Below are positions 22,517 through 31,471 of a DNA stretch of 64,000 nucleotides, piece by piece. The DNA is taken from contig CAWDDT010000013.1 in the NCBI GenBank assembly GCA_963801165.1, positions 32,001 through 96,000 on the forward strand. The letters run 5' to 3'. This DNA is from an uncultured bacterium. GTDB lineage: Bacteria > Actinomycetota > Acidimicrobiia > Spongiisociales > UBA5794. The translations under genes and the position numbers were made by a program. Position 1 is the first letter of the stretch; every line of letters begins with the position of its first letter. Below the pieces are notes generated by a model, which was not told the DNA's origin, did not search any database, and worked only from the letters and a program-made list of their open reading frames with translations.

Positions 22517-23518
22517 CTACGACTCTTCGTGCCTACTCGGAACCGAACCGGGATCGTTGTACTCGGGAACGCCCTGGCTCCAGTTGAGGTTCTTGATGGG
22601 AGCCACGATCTCTCTGATCCCGGCCAACAACTCCCGATCCAACAACTCCCCATCCAACGCCCCGGCAAGAACTTCGAGGTTTTGCTTCACCTCGTCAACC
22701 GACTTCATACCGACGCAGGTTGTCGCGATGTACGGGTGCGCCAGCGCAAACCGGAGCGCCACATCGGTTATCCGTGCTCCGCGGGAACGGACGTATTCGC
22801 AAACCTCCCGCCCTACGCGGTGAATCGCGGCAGGAGCAGGATTCCAGCCAGCAGCGCCGCTCTCGGTCAGAACGCCCATGTGCGTGACAGAAGCGTTGAT
22901 TACACCGATCCCCAACTCTCGAACAGTCGGCAGGAGCCAGTCATCGAAGCTCGTGTTCAGCAGGTCGTAGTGACAGTAAGTCAGTATCGTCTCCGGAGTC
23001 GGATCAAGGTCCCCGGCAAGCTGTGCTAGATGCCGCACCGGATACCCCGTGATCCCGATGTGGCCGACCTTGCCTTCATCCCTCAGCCTGACCATGGCAG
23101 GCCACGCCTGATCGACGATCTCCTCCTGGGGCACGAACTCGACATCATGCAATTGGTATAGGTCGATGTAATCTGTGGCGAGACGCTCCGAGCTCTCCTC
23201 CCACGATCTCAGAATTCGGTCGTAGCCGTAATCGAAGGCACCTTCCACCGACTTGCCGTACCGACCCGCCTTGGTGGCAAGGATGACTCTCTCCCGGTAG
23301 CCGTCCCGCAGCGCTTCGCCGAGCCGTCTCTCCGAAAGGGTGTCACCGTAGAAGGGCGACGTGTCCACGTAGTTCAGACCGCTGTCGATGGCGAAACGCA
23401 CGGCGTCGACGGCCCGAGCTGTTTCGATCTCGCCGTATTCATTGCCTGCTGCCGCCCCGCCGATGCTCAGCTCGGATACATCCAGGCCCGTGTTGCCGAG
23501 AGGTCTGTACTCGATCAT
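22517..23518 (-). CDS. Aldo/keto reductase, L-galactose dehydrogenase-like
   Basis: YRPLGNTG, DTSPFYG..SE..LG, TKAGRYG, LHDVEF, IGITGYP, TYCHY. Confidence 0.75.
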   Translation of the reverse strand: MIEYRPLGNTGLDVSELSIGGAAAGNEYGEIETARAVDAVRFAIDSGLNYVDTSPFYGDTLSERRLGEALRDGYRERVILATKAGRYGKSVEGAFDYGYDRILRSWEESSERLATDYIDLYQLHDVEFVPQEEIVDQAWPAMVRLRDEGKVGHIGITGYPVRHLAQLAGDLDPTPETILTYCHYDLLNTSFDDWLLPTVRELGIGVINASVTHMGVLTESGAAGWNPAPAAIHRVGREVCEYVRSRGARITDVALRFALAHPYIATTCVGMKSVDEVKQNLEVLAGALDGELLDRELLAGIREIVAPIKNLNWSQGVPEYNDPGSVPSRHEES

Positions 23519-23595
23519 GAGCCTCGTCGATTCGCTAGCGCCATACGACTGCCCCTTCCCACCCGGGTGCCCGTGACCCGCCCGGCGACACCCCA

Positions 23596-24492
23596 CTATC
23601 CCTTGACCGCTCCGGTCGTGATACCGGACATCACATAGCGTTGGCCGATCAAGAAGACCATGACCACGGGCAGAATGGTCAACACCACGTCTGCCGAGAC
23701 CAGATTCCAGTTGGCCTCGTATATGCCAAAGAAGTTATAGACCGCCAGGGTCATCGGCCACTTGCTCGAGCTACTGAGGAAGTAGAGCGGCATCACGAAC
23801 TCGCTCCACAGGTCGAGGAAGGTCAGGATTCCAACCGTGATCCACGCCGGCCTGAGGAGAGGCACCATCACCGACCAGAACAGCTGGCGCGGCGAGCATC
23901 CGTCGATCACTGCAGCTTCGTCGATCTCTCTCGGCACAGTGTGAACAAACGCATAGATCACGAACACCGCGAAAGGGAGTTTGAACGCGGCGTAGAGCAG
24001 GATCATGCCCAGCTGTGAGTTGACAAGGTGCGTGATCTGCATCACCTTCGTCATTGTCACGTAATTGAGGGGAATGGCGATTCCCATCACCAGGAAGAAG
24101 TACCAGAAGCGATTCAGCCTGGTTCGATTCCTTGCCAATACGAAGGCCGCGGCTGTCGCGCACAGAATGCAGAGGATGGTGGCAAGCCCGGTGTACAGCA
24201 CGCTGTTGGTGAAGGCCTGACCCAGCTTGCCCTCATCGATCACTGTCAGGTAGTTGTCCAGGTGCAGGCCTTTGGGCAACTCGACCCCCATCGCTCTCGC
24301 CTGAACGCTGTCTTTGAGGGAGTTCACGACGACCAGGTAGATCGGAAGCATCATGATGATGCTCACCAGCGCAGCCGTCGCGTGGTTGACACCTCGCAAC
24401 AGCGGCCGCCGCATCGGGCGCCTGCGTCCGGTCCTCTTCACCTGCGGCTTCACCATGTTTAGCGGGAAATCGTGCCGGCGACCGTTAGCCAT
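23596..24492 (-). CDS. Carbohydrate ABC permease (MalG-like)
   Basis: EAA loop EIDEAAVIDG, C-terminal GAVKG. Confidence 0.9.
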   Translation of the reverse strand: MANGRRHDFPLNMVKPQVKRTGRRRPMRRPLLRGVNHATAALVSIIMMLPIYLVVVNSLKDSVQARAMGVELPKGLHLDNYLTVIDEGKLGQAFTNSVLYTGLATILCILCATAAAFVLARNRTRLNRFWYFFLVMGIAIPLNYVTMTKVMQITHLVNSQLGMILLYAAFKLPFAVFVIYAFVHTVPREIDEAAVIDGCSPRQLFWSVMVPLLRPAWITVGILTFLDLWSEFVMPLYFLSSSSKWPMTLAVYNFFGIYEANWNLVSADVVLTILPVVMVFLIGQRYVMSGITTGAVKG

Positions 24493-25483
24493 AGTCGACC
24501 TGCTTGTGCATGAATCGAATCAGGAACACGCCCGCGACGAACATGATGACGAACAGCACAGTGGAGAGAGCCGTGCTGACCGCGTAGTGCCCTCTGGCGA
24601 ATTCCTTGAAGACAACGGTGTAGACCGTTTCCGTCGCATACCCCGGCCCGCCGTTGGTCAGGACCCACACGCTGTCGAACACCTTCAAGCCGTACAGCAG
24701 ATTCAAGACCGTCGTGACTGTCAATACCGGCATCAACAGCGGAAGCGTGATGAACCTCAATTCACTGAAACCGCTGGCTCCGTCGATTCGCGCAGCCTCG
24801 TAGTACTCGTCGGGAATCGATTGAAGCCCCGCCAGCAGCAGAAGCATGATGAATCCCACCCCCTTCCACGTATCAACCGCGACGATCGAATAGAGGGCTA
24901 TGTGCGGATTGGTCAACCAATGCATCGCCAGAGAGCTCAGGCCAATGGGTCTGAGGAATCCGTTGAGAACACCTGTCGACGGATTCAGAATCGACTTGAA
25001 GACAATACCGACGACGATCATCGGCAGCACCGCGGGGAGATAGAACAGCGCACGATGAACGGTCGATAGACGCCTGATGCCCCGGGACACCAGCAAAGCA
25101 AGCAACAGTCCGAGAACGGTCTTGGTAACGATCGTCAGCGCCGTAAAGACCAATGTGTTGCTTATCGCGTGCAGCAGTGTCGAGTTGGAGGCGAATATCT
25201 TTCTGAAATTCTCCAGACCGACAAAATTGACGTCAGTTGAGAAGCGGTTCCAACTTGTGAACGAGTAGTAGAACCCCATGATGCTCGGAACGACGATGAA
25301 CACCACGTAGAGGGCGATCGCGCCAGACGAGAAGTAGGACGGATAGGTCCTGCCTCTCAGGTTCGTCTTTCTTCGCTGCACGGCTCCCCGTCCACTCAAG
25401 GTTCGTATCCGCTCCGTCAGCCACACTGTCCGGGCTTCCAGGCCCGACAGATGCGAGCCTTCTCCCCCGGCGTCGACCTTCAC
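24485..25483 (-). CDS. Carbohydrate ABC permease (MalF-like); start uncertain
   Basis: FVGLENF, AGLQSIP..YEAARIDGAS, LTNGGPG. Confidence 0.9.
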   Translation of the reverse strand: MKVDAGGEGSHLSGLEARTVWLTERIRTLSGRGAVQRRKTNLRGRTYPSYFSSGAIALYVVFIVVPSIMGFYYSFTSWNRFSTDVNFVGLENFRKIFASNSTLLHAISNTLVFTALTIVTKTVLGLLLALLVSRGIRRLSTVHRALFYLPAVLPMIVVGIVFKSILNPSTGVLNGFLRPIGLSSLAMHWLTNPHIALYSIVAVDTWKGVGFIMLLLLAGLQSIPDEYYEAARIDGASGFSELRFITLPLLMPVLTVTTVLNLLYGLKVFDSVWVLTNGGPGYATETVYTVVFKEFARGHYAVSTALSTVLFVIMFVAGVFLIRFMHKQVDYG

Positions 25484-25559
25484 CGTCGACGTGCTCGCCC
25501 AATTATTACTCAGCGGTGTCAGCCGCTGCCGCTCTCTCTATGTCGAATGACGGGCGGTA

Positions 25560-25596
25560 TGCGGGTCTACCCAAGAGGAGGAGGGGTAGACCCGCA
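25560..25596 (-). terminator. Strong hairpin downstream of the binding-protein gene, C-rich loop on the minus strand
   Basis: tgcgggtctaccc-N11-gggtagacccgca, 13-bp perfect stem. Confidence 0.65.
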
Positions 25597-25643
25597 AAGA
25601 CCGTCCATTCAGGGCACGACCTGCGTCGTGCCAAGGGTTGGCG

Positions 25644-27050
25644 TCAGCCGCCCCAGCCCGGATCGTTTGCGGCTTGAGCCATATCAGCGCGACGCCCGTC
25701 GATCGTCTGCAACACCTGCTCGGGTGTCTCCGCTCCGGTCAACATGGCAACGATGTCCTGACCCATGTCGATCCACTGCGGATTCACGTAGTTCACGGCA
25801 GTCTGCATCACGGTGCCTTGATTCGGATAGGCGTCAACAAACGCCTGCTGCTCGGGTGTCAGCTCGGCGTTCACCCCATCGAAGTTGAGCAACGCGAACT
25901 GCGCCTCGTTGTCCAATACATATTGCAGGTTCTCGGGCCTGGTCAGGAATTCGAAGTAGGCCTTCGCCGCGTCGATGTGCTGGGACCCCGAGTAGATGAA
26001 CTTGCTCGGTGCAGCAGGATTTACGTTCCAGATTTGGTTGTCAGCCAACGGCATCAGGAAGAACCCGAAGTTGTCTGCCGACGCGTCCGGATATGCCGAC
26101 TCGATCTGCGCCGGCAGACCGAAGCGATTCACCGTCATGGCGTAGTCGCCGCTGGCCATCATGGCCTCGGTGTTGGCAAACTCGTCCGACAGTGCGTTGT
26201 CCCCGAAGCAGCCGTTGTTGTATAGCTCCGTCAATTGACCGAGGTCCGTCTGCATCGTGGCGTCGTCGGCCATCGTCTCCTGATTCGTGTTGAGACGATC
26301 GTAGAGTCCGGGCGAGTCGGCCTCGTAGACGGGGCCAAGCTCGGCGAACCAGAGCACATGGTGCCACCCATCCGCAACCGGCTCGTAGATCGGCGTGACG
26401 CCCGCATTGACGAGGGTGTTGCAGGCGGCTGCAAAGTCGTCGTACGTTGTCGGAACTGCGATTCCGTTGTCGGCGAAGATCTGCTTGTTGTAGACCACCA
26501 CCCAGGAGCCACCAACGGTGTCCCAGATAGTCAAGCCGTAGACAACACCATCCAGGCTGATTTGCTCGGTGGACAGCGGGTTCATCCGCTGCACCCAGTC
26601 TTGATCTGTCAGCGGGACTGCGTTCTTTTCCACGCCCAGTTGCAGCTTGATGTCCGTCTTGCCACTTTGACCGCCGAAGATGTCGATGCCTTCGCCGCCG
26701 GCTTCCAACTTGGTCTGCAGAACGCTGAAATACTGGTCGGCGGGAATGATCTGAAAGTCCACATGGATCCCGGTCTCCGCTTCGAACTGCTCGGCGAGCG
26801 CCTTCTCTGAGTCCAAGACCCAGTTCTGGCTGGCAAGGTACGTGATCGTGACCGGTTCCATCGCGGCTTCGGTAGTTGTGGTTGTCGCGGCCGCTGCGGT
26901 CGTTTCGGTGGACTCCGTTCCTGCGGTCGTGGTGGTCGTCGTGGACGTTGCGGCCCCGCCTTCGTCGTCCCCGCTCGAACAGCCGACCAGCAGCAGCCCA
27001 AGAACCAGGATCAACAGGAATGGCCCTCGATATCGTCTAAATCGAAACAC
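25644..27050 (-). CDS. Oligosaccharide ABC substrate-binding lipoprotein
   Basis: RBS ggagg before GTG, lipobox LVGC, Thr-rich linker, YNKQIF..GI..PTT. Confidence 0.88.
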   Translation of the reverse strand: MFRFRRYRGPFLLILVLGLLLVGCSSGDDEGGAATSTTTTTTAGTESTETTAAAATTTTTEAAMEPVTITYLASQNWVLDSEKALAEQFEAETGIHVDFQIIPADQYFSVLQTKLEAGGEGIDIFGGQSGKTDIKLQLGVEKNAVPLTDQDWVQRMNPLSTEQISLDGVVYGLTIWDTVGGSWVVVYNKQIFADNGIAVPTTYDDFAAACNTLVNAGVTPIYEPVADGWHHVLWFAELGPVYEADSPGLYDRLNTNQETMADDATMQTDLGQLTELYNNGCFGDNALSDEFANTEAMMASGDYAMTVNRFGLPAQIESAYPDASADNFGFFLMPLADNQIWNVNPAAPSKFIYSGSQHIDAAKAYFEFLTRPENLQYVLDNEAQFALLNFDGVNAELTPEQQAFVDAYPNQGTVMQTAVNYVNPQWIDMGQDIVAMLTGAETPEQVLQTIDGRRADMAQAANDPGWGG

Positions 27051-27252
27051 TTCTAATTCTCCTCCGTATGCTCGTGACTTCGAAGAGCATGAGTCCCCGG
27101 TCAAGATCGTGACCGCGCCCCACAACCTCGTATGCGACAAAGAGCCGTGCTCTCAAATGACCCATGGATTGGTATTGCCCTCATCCTCCTCGACGGTATA
27201 GGTCGTCAGTCGGTCTTCCTTTCTCTGTAGTGCGGCAAACAAGGCCCTGTCG

Positions 27253-28275
27253 CTAATACACATGTCGTCCCACCGGGCTCGTGCTCGCCCGGACCGTCAG
27301 GATCGGCTCCCTCAGGATCTCTTTGACGTTTGTGTCGACCTCCTCTAGCCGATCGATCAGCATGTTCCCGGCCTCGTAGGCCATGGACCACGCAGGCATG
27401 TCGAGTGCGGTCAACGCCGGGCTGGTCAGCTCGGGTCCCTGGGGATGCTTCAGACCCACCACCGAAATGTCGTCCGGGATACGGAGCCCTGCGTCATTGG
27501 CTGCTCCATACAGAGCTGTCTCCACCATCTCTCTCATCGTTATGAGAGCGGTGATCTCCGGGTGTTCGTTCAACATGCCCGACGTGACGAGCCTTATGTT
27601 CTGCAGACTCTGATCTGTCTCATACGACAGGTCGGCCATCCCCAGCTCTGTGCAGGCGTCCTTGTATGCCCTTAGCGAGCGCACCGTGGGCCCGTGCTGG
27701 CTGTGCTGCGCCGGCATCGCCGAGACATAGCCAACGTTGCGGTGCCCCAGGGCGAACAGATGGTTCAGACCCATACGCATCGCGGCCTCGAAGTCGTAGT
27801 CGATGAAGCTTGCGCCGACGCTGGCTTCGGTGTGTCCAATCATCACGAACGGAGATTCCATCCGGCGAAGGAAGTCGGCGCGCCAGTCGTGGAGCTGCAC
27901 CTTCATCAGGATTACGCCGTCACTCTTGCTAGATCGATATAGATCAAGAAGGTCGTCTTCGCCAAGCGCACGGGTTATCAGATGAAGTCGGTAGTCACGT
28001 TCCTCACATGCCGCCGTCGCGCCCGTGATGAAATCCAGGTACACCGGGTTGGGGTTACCCTCGGTGTTTGGAAAATGCAGTGAGATTGCGCGGCTCTTGC
28101 CCGTGGTCAGCTGCTGCCATTGGGTGCTCTTGGCGTACCCGAGCTTGCCTATGGCGTCTTCCACCTTCTTGCGAGTCAAATTGGCCGCATCAGGCTTGTT
28201 GTTGAGTACCCGCGACACCGTCGCCACAGAGACACCAGCCTCCTTGGCGACGTCTCGGATGGTGGGCTTCTTCAC
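27253..28275 (-). CDS. LacI family regulator
   Basis: TIRDVAKEAGVSVATVSRVLN, IPDDISVVG, PALT. Confidence 0.93.
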   Translation of the reverse strand: MKKPTIRDVAKEAGVSVATVSRVLNNKPDAANLTRKKVEDAIGKLGYAKSTQWQQLTTGKSRAISLHFPNTEGNPNPVYLDFITGATAACEERDYRLHLITRALGEDDLLDLYRSSKSDGVILMKVQLHDWRADFLRRMESPFVMIGHTEASVGASFIDYDFEAAMRMGLNHLFALGHRNVGYVSAMPAQHSQHGPTVRSLRAYKDACTELGMADLSYETDQSLQNIRLVTSGMLNEHPEITALITMREMVETALYGAANDAGLRIPDDISVVGLKHPQGPELTSPALTALDMPAWSMAYEAGNMLIDRLEEVDTNVKEILREPILTVRASTSPVGRHVY

Positions 28276-28351
28276 AATGTCGTCTCTTCCTCTGGCCTCG
28301 CTCTAGATCTCGTCTGATGGGATGTGCTACGATGGTCGTGAAGCCGAAACA

Positions 28352-28382
28352 AGTACCGGTACTAGTTACAAAGTAGATCTAC
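28352..28382. promoter_or_regulatory. Probable LacI operator plus second palindrome
   Basis: Perfect palindromes agtaccggtact (28352-28363) and gtagatctac (28373-28382) in the divergent promoter. Confidence 0.6.
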
Positions 28383-28391
28383 CTGAGACCA

Positions 28392-29522
28392 TTGTCAAGC
28401 GACACCCTCGAATTAGGGCTGTTGGGAATGGGAGACTCGATATTGCACCGCATTGAGAAGTACGCTCTGACACGGTTCATGGTGGAACTCGATCGCACGA
28501 TCGGCGACTCGCAGATCTCGTCCAATCAGCTCTCGATCGGTGTCCTGGAACTAGAAGACGATTTGGGCCATGTGGGAACTGGGTTTTTCCACACGGTCGC
28601 GGAGCCTCTCCCCTCGCTGGTCGAACTGGAAGTCCGTTTTCAAAGAGAGCTTGCCGACGACCTCATCGGCGCCGATCCATTCTCCTGGGCGCATCGTCTC
28701 GAACGCCCCCGCGGGGGGAACATCAGGCAGTCCATCTTCTATCCGAGCGTTGAACAGGCCGTATGGGATCTCCAGGGACAGATCCTGGAAATGCCGCTTC
28801 ATAGGTTGCTCGGGAGTCGACGCGACAGAGTTCCGGCCTACGCGAGTGGTCTCGAGTTCCATCTGGACGATGACGCAGTTTCTGCTTTCTACGCCAACGC
28901 CAGAGCCGCCGGTTTCTCGGCTTTCAAGATCAAGGTGGGTCACCCTGAGCTTGATTGGGACATCCATCGATTGCAGCTCGTGAAGGACACCGTCGGATCT
29001 GATTGCCAACTGATGGCCGACGCCAACGAGGCATGGTCGCCCAAGGAGGCTATCCGCAGGCTGCATGCCTACCGGGAAAGCGGGATCGACCTCTATTGGA
29101 TAGAGGATCCCTGTCTGCGGGATGACTTTGAGGGGCTCAGGGCCATTTCCCGGGCTGTGCCGTTCACGCTCGTCAACAGCGGCGAGTATCTGAACCTATC
29201 GGGCAAGCGTCAACTCATCGAAAACCGGGCAGTTGACGTACTCAACATCCACGGTTCGATCAACGACGCGTTGAAGATCGGCTGGTTCGCCGCCGAACAC
29301 GGTATCCCGGTGGCACTGGGAAACAGCAATTTCGAGATCGGCGTTCACGTCGCGGCCGCACTCCCAGAGGTCACCTGGCTCGAATACAGCTTCCTCTCGT
29401 ACAACCATCTCCTGGAGACGCCGATCCAATTCCGGGACGGCTATGCGTTGTTGCCGGAAAGACCGGGCCACGGTCTGCGACTCGATGAGTCTGCACGCAG
29501 TGAATTCGCTCGGCCCACGTAA
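28392..29522 (+). CDS. Mandelate racemase/muconate lactonising enzyme family protein (sugar-acid dehydratase or cycloisomerase); start uncertain
   Basis: AVWDL.G...PL..LLG, AYASG, KIKVG, DANE, WIEDP, SGEY, RPGHG. Confidence 0.85.
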   Translation: MSSDTLELGLLGMGDSILHRIEKYALTRFMVELDRTIGDSQISSNQLSIGVLELEDDLGHVGTGFFHTVAEPLPSLVELEVRFQRELADDLIGADPFSWAHRLERPRGGNIRQSIFYPSVEQAVWDLQGQILEMPLHRLLGSRRDRVPAYASGLEFHLDDDAVSAFYANARAAGFSAFKIKVGHPELDWDIHRLQLVKDTVGSDCQLMADANEAWSPKEAIRRLHAYRESGIDLYWIEDPCLRDDFEGLRAISRAVPFTLVNSGEYLNLSGKRQLIENRAVDVLNIHGSINDALKIGWFAAEHGIPVALGNSNFEIGVHVAAALPEVTWLEYSFLSYNHLLETPIQFRDGYALLPERPGHGLRLDESARSEFARPT

Positions 29523-29601
29523 CGACCCCTATCGGCCCGATTCGCAACCTGGCGACAGAGCCACAGAAACCACGGAAGCCCTCGAAAGACGGGGCTCCTG
29601 G

Positions 29602-29655
29602 GTGGCTCCGGGGGCGAGACTTGAACTCGCAACAAACGGATTAACAGTCCGCTGC
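29602..29655 (-). repeat. att site: 54-bp duplicate of the tRNA-Asn 3' portion
   Basis: gtggctccggggg...cagtccgctgc is identical to 42308-42361; the tRNA 5' 24 nt are absent. Confidence 0.95.
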
Positions 29656-29780
29656 AGGGCATCTTCGGGGAGGTTCGATGCCGCCTTGAATACGATCGAA
29701 ACAGCCCGATTTCATTGAGAATTCGCACCTCTCAAGGTCTCCCGTCGTTTTGCGTCAGATCGGGTTGCTACTCAGAATAT

Positions 29781-29810
29781 CGCGCCCTCAGCGCGCCCTC
29801 GGCGCACCCC
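29781..29810. repeat. Putative integrase arm-type sites (left)
   Basis: cgcgccctc at 29781 and 29792, cgcacccc at 29803 (11-bp period); same motif near the right att. Confidence 0.65.
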
Positions 29811-29845
29811 GACCTTCGATCATCCGAGGCAGCTTCGGCACTTCG

Positions 29846-30625
29846 TTACTCGATCAGCGAGAGCGCGTCGGTAATGACGACCTCGGCCGCCGCGTCGACG
29901 TCGTATCCCTCCGGCCAGGCGGTCACCAGTGGGCGGATGTCTTCGCGGTACGCCCGGCGCTTCGCCTTCTCACGAAGGTTCAGCTCGGCACGGCGGCTCG
30001 TGTAGCCGTCGGGGCGGTACGCAGCGAAGGCCTCGACAATCGACGAGGCGGGGACGTTGAGCTGGGTGAGGGCGAGCCACAGGTCGAAAAGGTCGCGTCC
30101 TTTCGAGCGTTGGAACAGGGCTCGGATCTTCGTGGCAACGACCTCGGCGAGGGTGAAGGTGAGCACCTCGGCGTTGCCGTCGTACCAGGAGGACTCGACG
30201 CGGAACGGGATTCTAATCGGCGGCTGTGCGGGGGAACGTTCGAAGGTGTTGACCTCGATCTTGATCCGCATCTGGCCTGCCCCGGTCTCGTACGGAGCCC
30301 GTAGGAACACCTTGGGGTGCTCGCTGATCCTGGTCCGCACTTCCATGCCGAGCCGTTTGCCGATCTGGGTCACCCCTCGGGTGAGGTCAGCGATCCCGCC
30401 GCCGGTACTGCGGACGTAGTCGAGATCCTCGCTGTAGCGCACCGGCTTTGGTGCATGGAGCTTGTGAAGGCAGGTGCCACCCCGGAACAACAGCTCGTGA
30501 CCGAGATAGTCGTCGTTGGCTATCTCGATGATGAGTCGGGACAACAGCAGGTCTTGTTCGACCTGCTCGACACTCGGCCATGGAACGAAGCGGCTCCATT
30601 CGGTGATAGCGGCGCGAGGGATCAC
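29846..30625 (-). CDS. AbiEii-family nucleotidyltransferase toxin (type IV TA)
   Basis: QVEQD, FRGGTCLHK, RYSEDLD, KIRALFQRSKGRDLFDL; GTGA-coupled to the upstream gene. Confidence 0.9.
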   Translation of the reverse strand: MIPRAAITEWSRFVPWPSVEQVEQDLLLSRLIIEIANDDYLGHELLFRGGTCLHKLHAPKPVRYSEDLDYVRSTGGGIADLTRGVTQIGKRLGMEVRTRISEHPKVFLRAPYETGAGQMRIKIEVNTFERSPAQPPIRIPFRVESSWYDGNAEVLTFTLAEVVATKIRALFQRSKGRDLFDLWLALTQLNVPASSIVEAFAAYRPDGYTSRRAELNLREKAKRRAYREDIRPLVTAWPEGYDVDAAAEVVITDALSLIE

Positions 30626-31440
30626 GACGACTCCTCGTCGAGGGGCTGAGCAATAGTCACGTTCCAAAGTGGATCGAGTGTCCCCGCCCGCCCGTAGTCC
30701 GGATCCAACGGTGTCGGGGTGACCCGAGACGACGTCAGTGATAGCAGCGGTTCAGTGTCCACCTCCACCCCGACCCGCTCGGCCATGAAGTCAACGAGCC
30801 AGCCCGTTCGCTGGACGATGGAAACCGGATAGCCGACCGCGGCCTCGGCAAGACGACCAATATCAACCGCATCCTCGACCAGCATCTCACCAACAACGGT
30901 TGCCACGTTGAATAGCGCGCCACCCTCATCGGGGAACGACACCAGATCGAGCACCGTCACCTCCGGAGTGGAGACACGCATTGTGCCGGTCGGGGTGTTC
31001 ACAACACCGGTGGGACGCTCCGACGTGTGCATCGAAGTGATGAATTCGATACGAACCCGCCCGAATGCGCGATCCCGGAGCCGCGCCGATGTCATCACCT
31101 GAAAAACCTGAGGACGCTGGTGCGCAGCTCCGTGGATCTCTGCCGCCGACAAGAGGCAGACGTAGTAGTCGTGGCCCAAATGGCGCATCATGGCGTCCAC
31201 GAAGTGCGCCGCCGGGACCGCACCCCAGGAGCGGAACTCGGGCGGGATGGCAACATACAGCCCCTTCGTAGGACTGAAGAGATGTCCGCGCCGGCGTGAC
31301 TGGGCCAATGATGGCGCCACATGATGCTCCGGGATTCCGAGCAGCTCGGCGGCCTGGCTCGTGGTTACCCAATGTCGACCGCGAGCCAGGAGCCAGTCAG
31401 CCAGCTCACGGGGCTCAACCGAACCTGTCACGTCAGTCAT
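30622..31440 (-). CDS. AbiEi-family antitoxin
   Basis: GLYVAIPPE, YYVCLLSAAEIHGAAHQRPQVFQV, VSTPEVTVLDLV. Confidence 0.88.
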   Translation of the reverse strand: MTDVTGSVEPRELADWLLARGRHWVTTSQAAELLGIPEHHVAPSLAQSRRRGHLFSPTKGLYVAIPPEFRSWGAVPAAHFVDAMMRHLGHDYYVCLLSAAEIHGAAHQRPQVFQVMTSARLRDRAFGRVRIEFITSMHTSERPTGVVNTPTGTMRVSTPEVTVLDLVSFPDEGGALFNVATVVGEMLVEDAVDIGRLAEAAVGYPVSIVQRTGWLVDFMAERVGVEVDTEPLLSLTSSRVTPTPLDPDYGRAGTLDPLWNVTIAQPLDEESS

Positions 31441-31471
31441 GTACCAATACTAACTGATTTCTTTAGTTTCG

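Noticed and set aside
29602-29655. Second tRNA-Asn gene
   Set aside because: Lacks the 5' acceptor strand and D-arm; it is an att duplicate.
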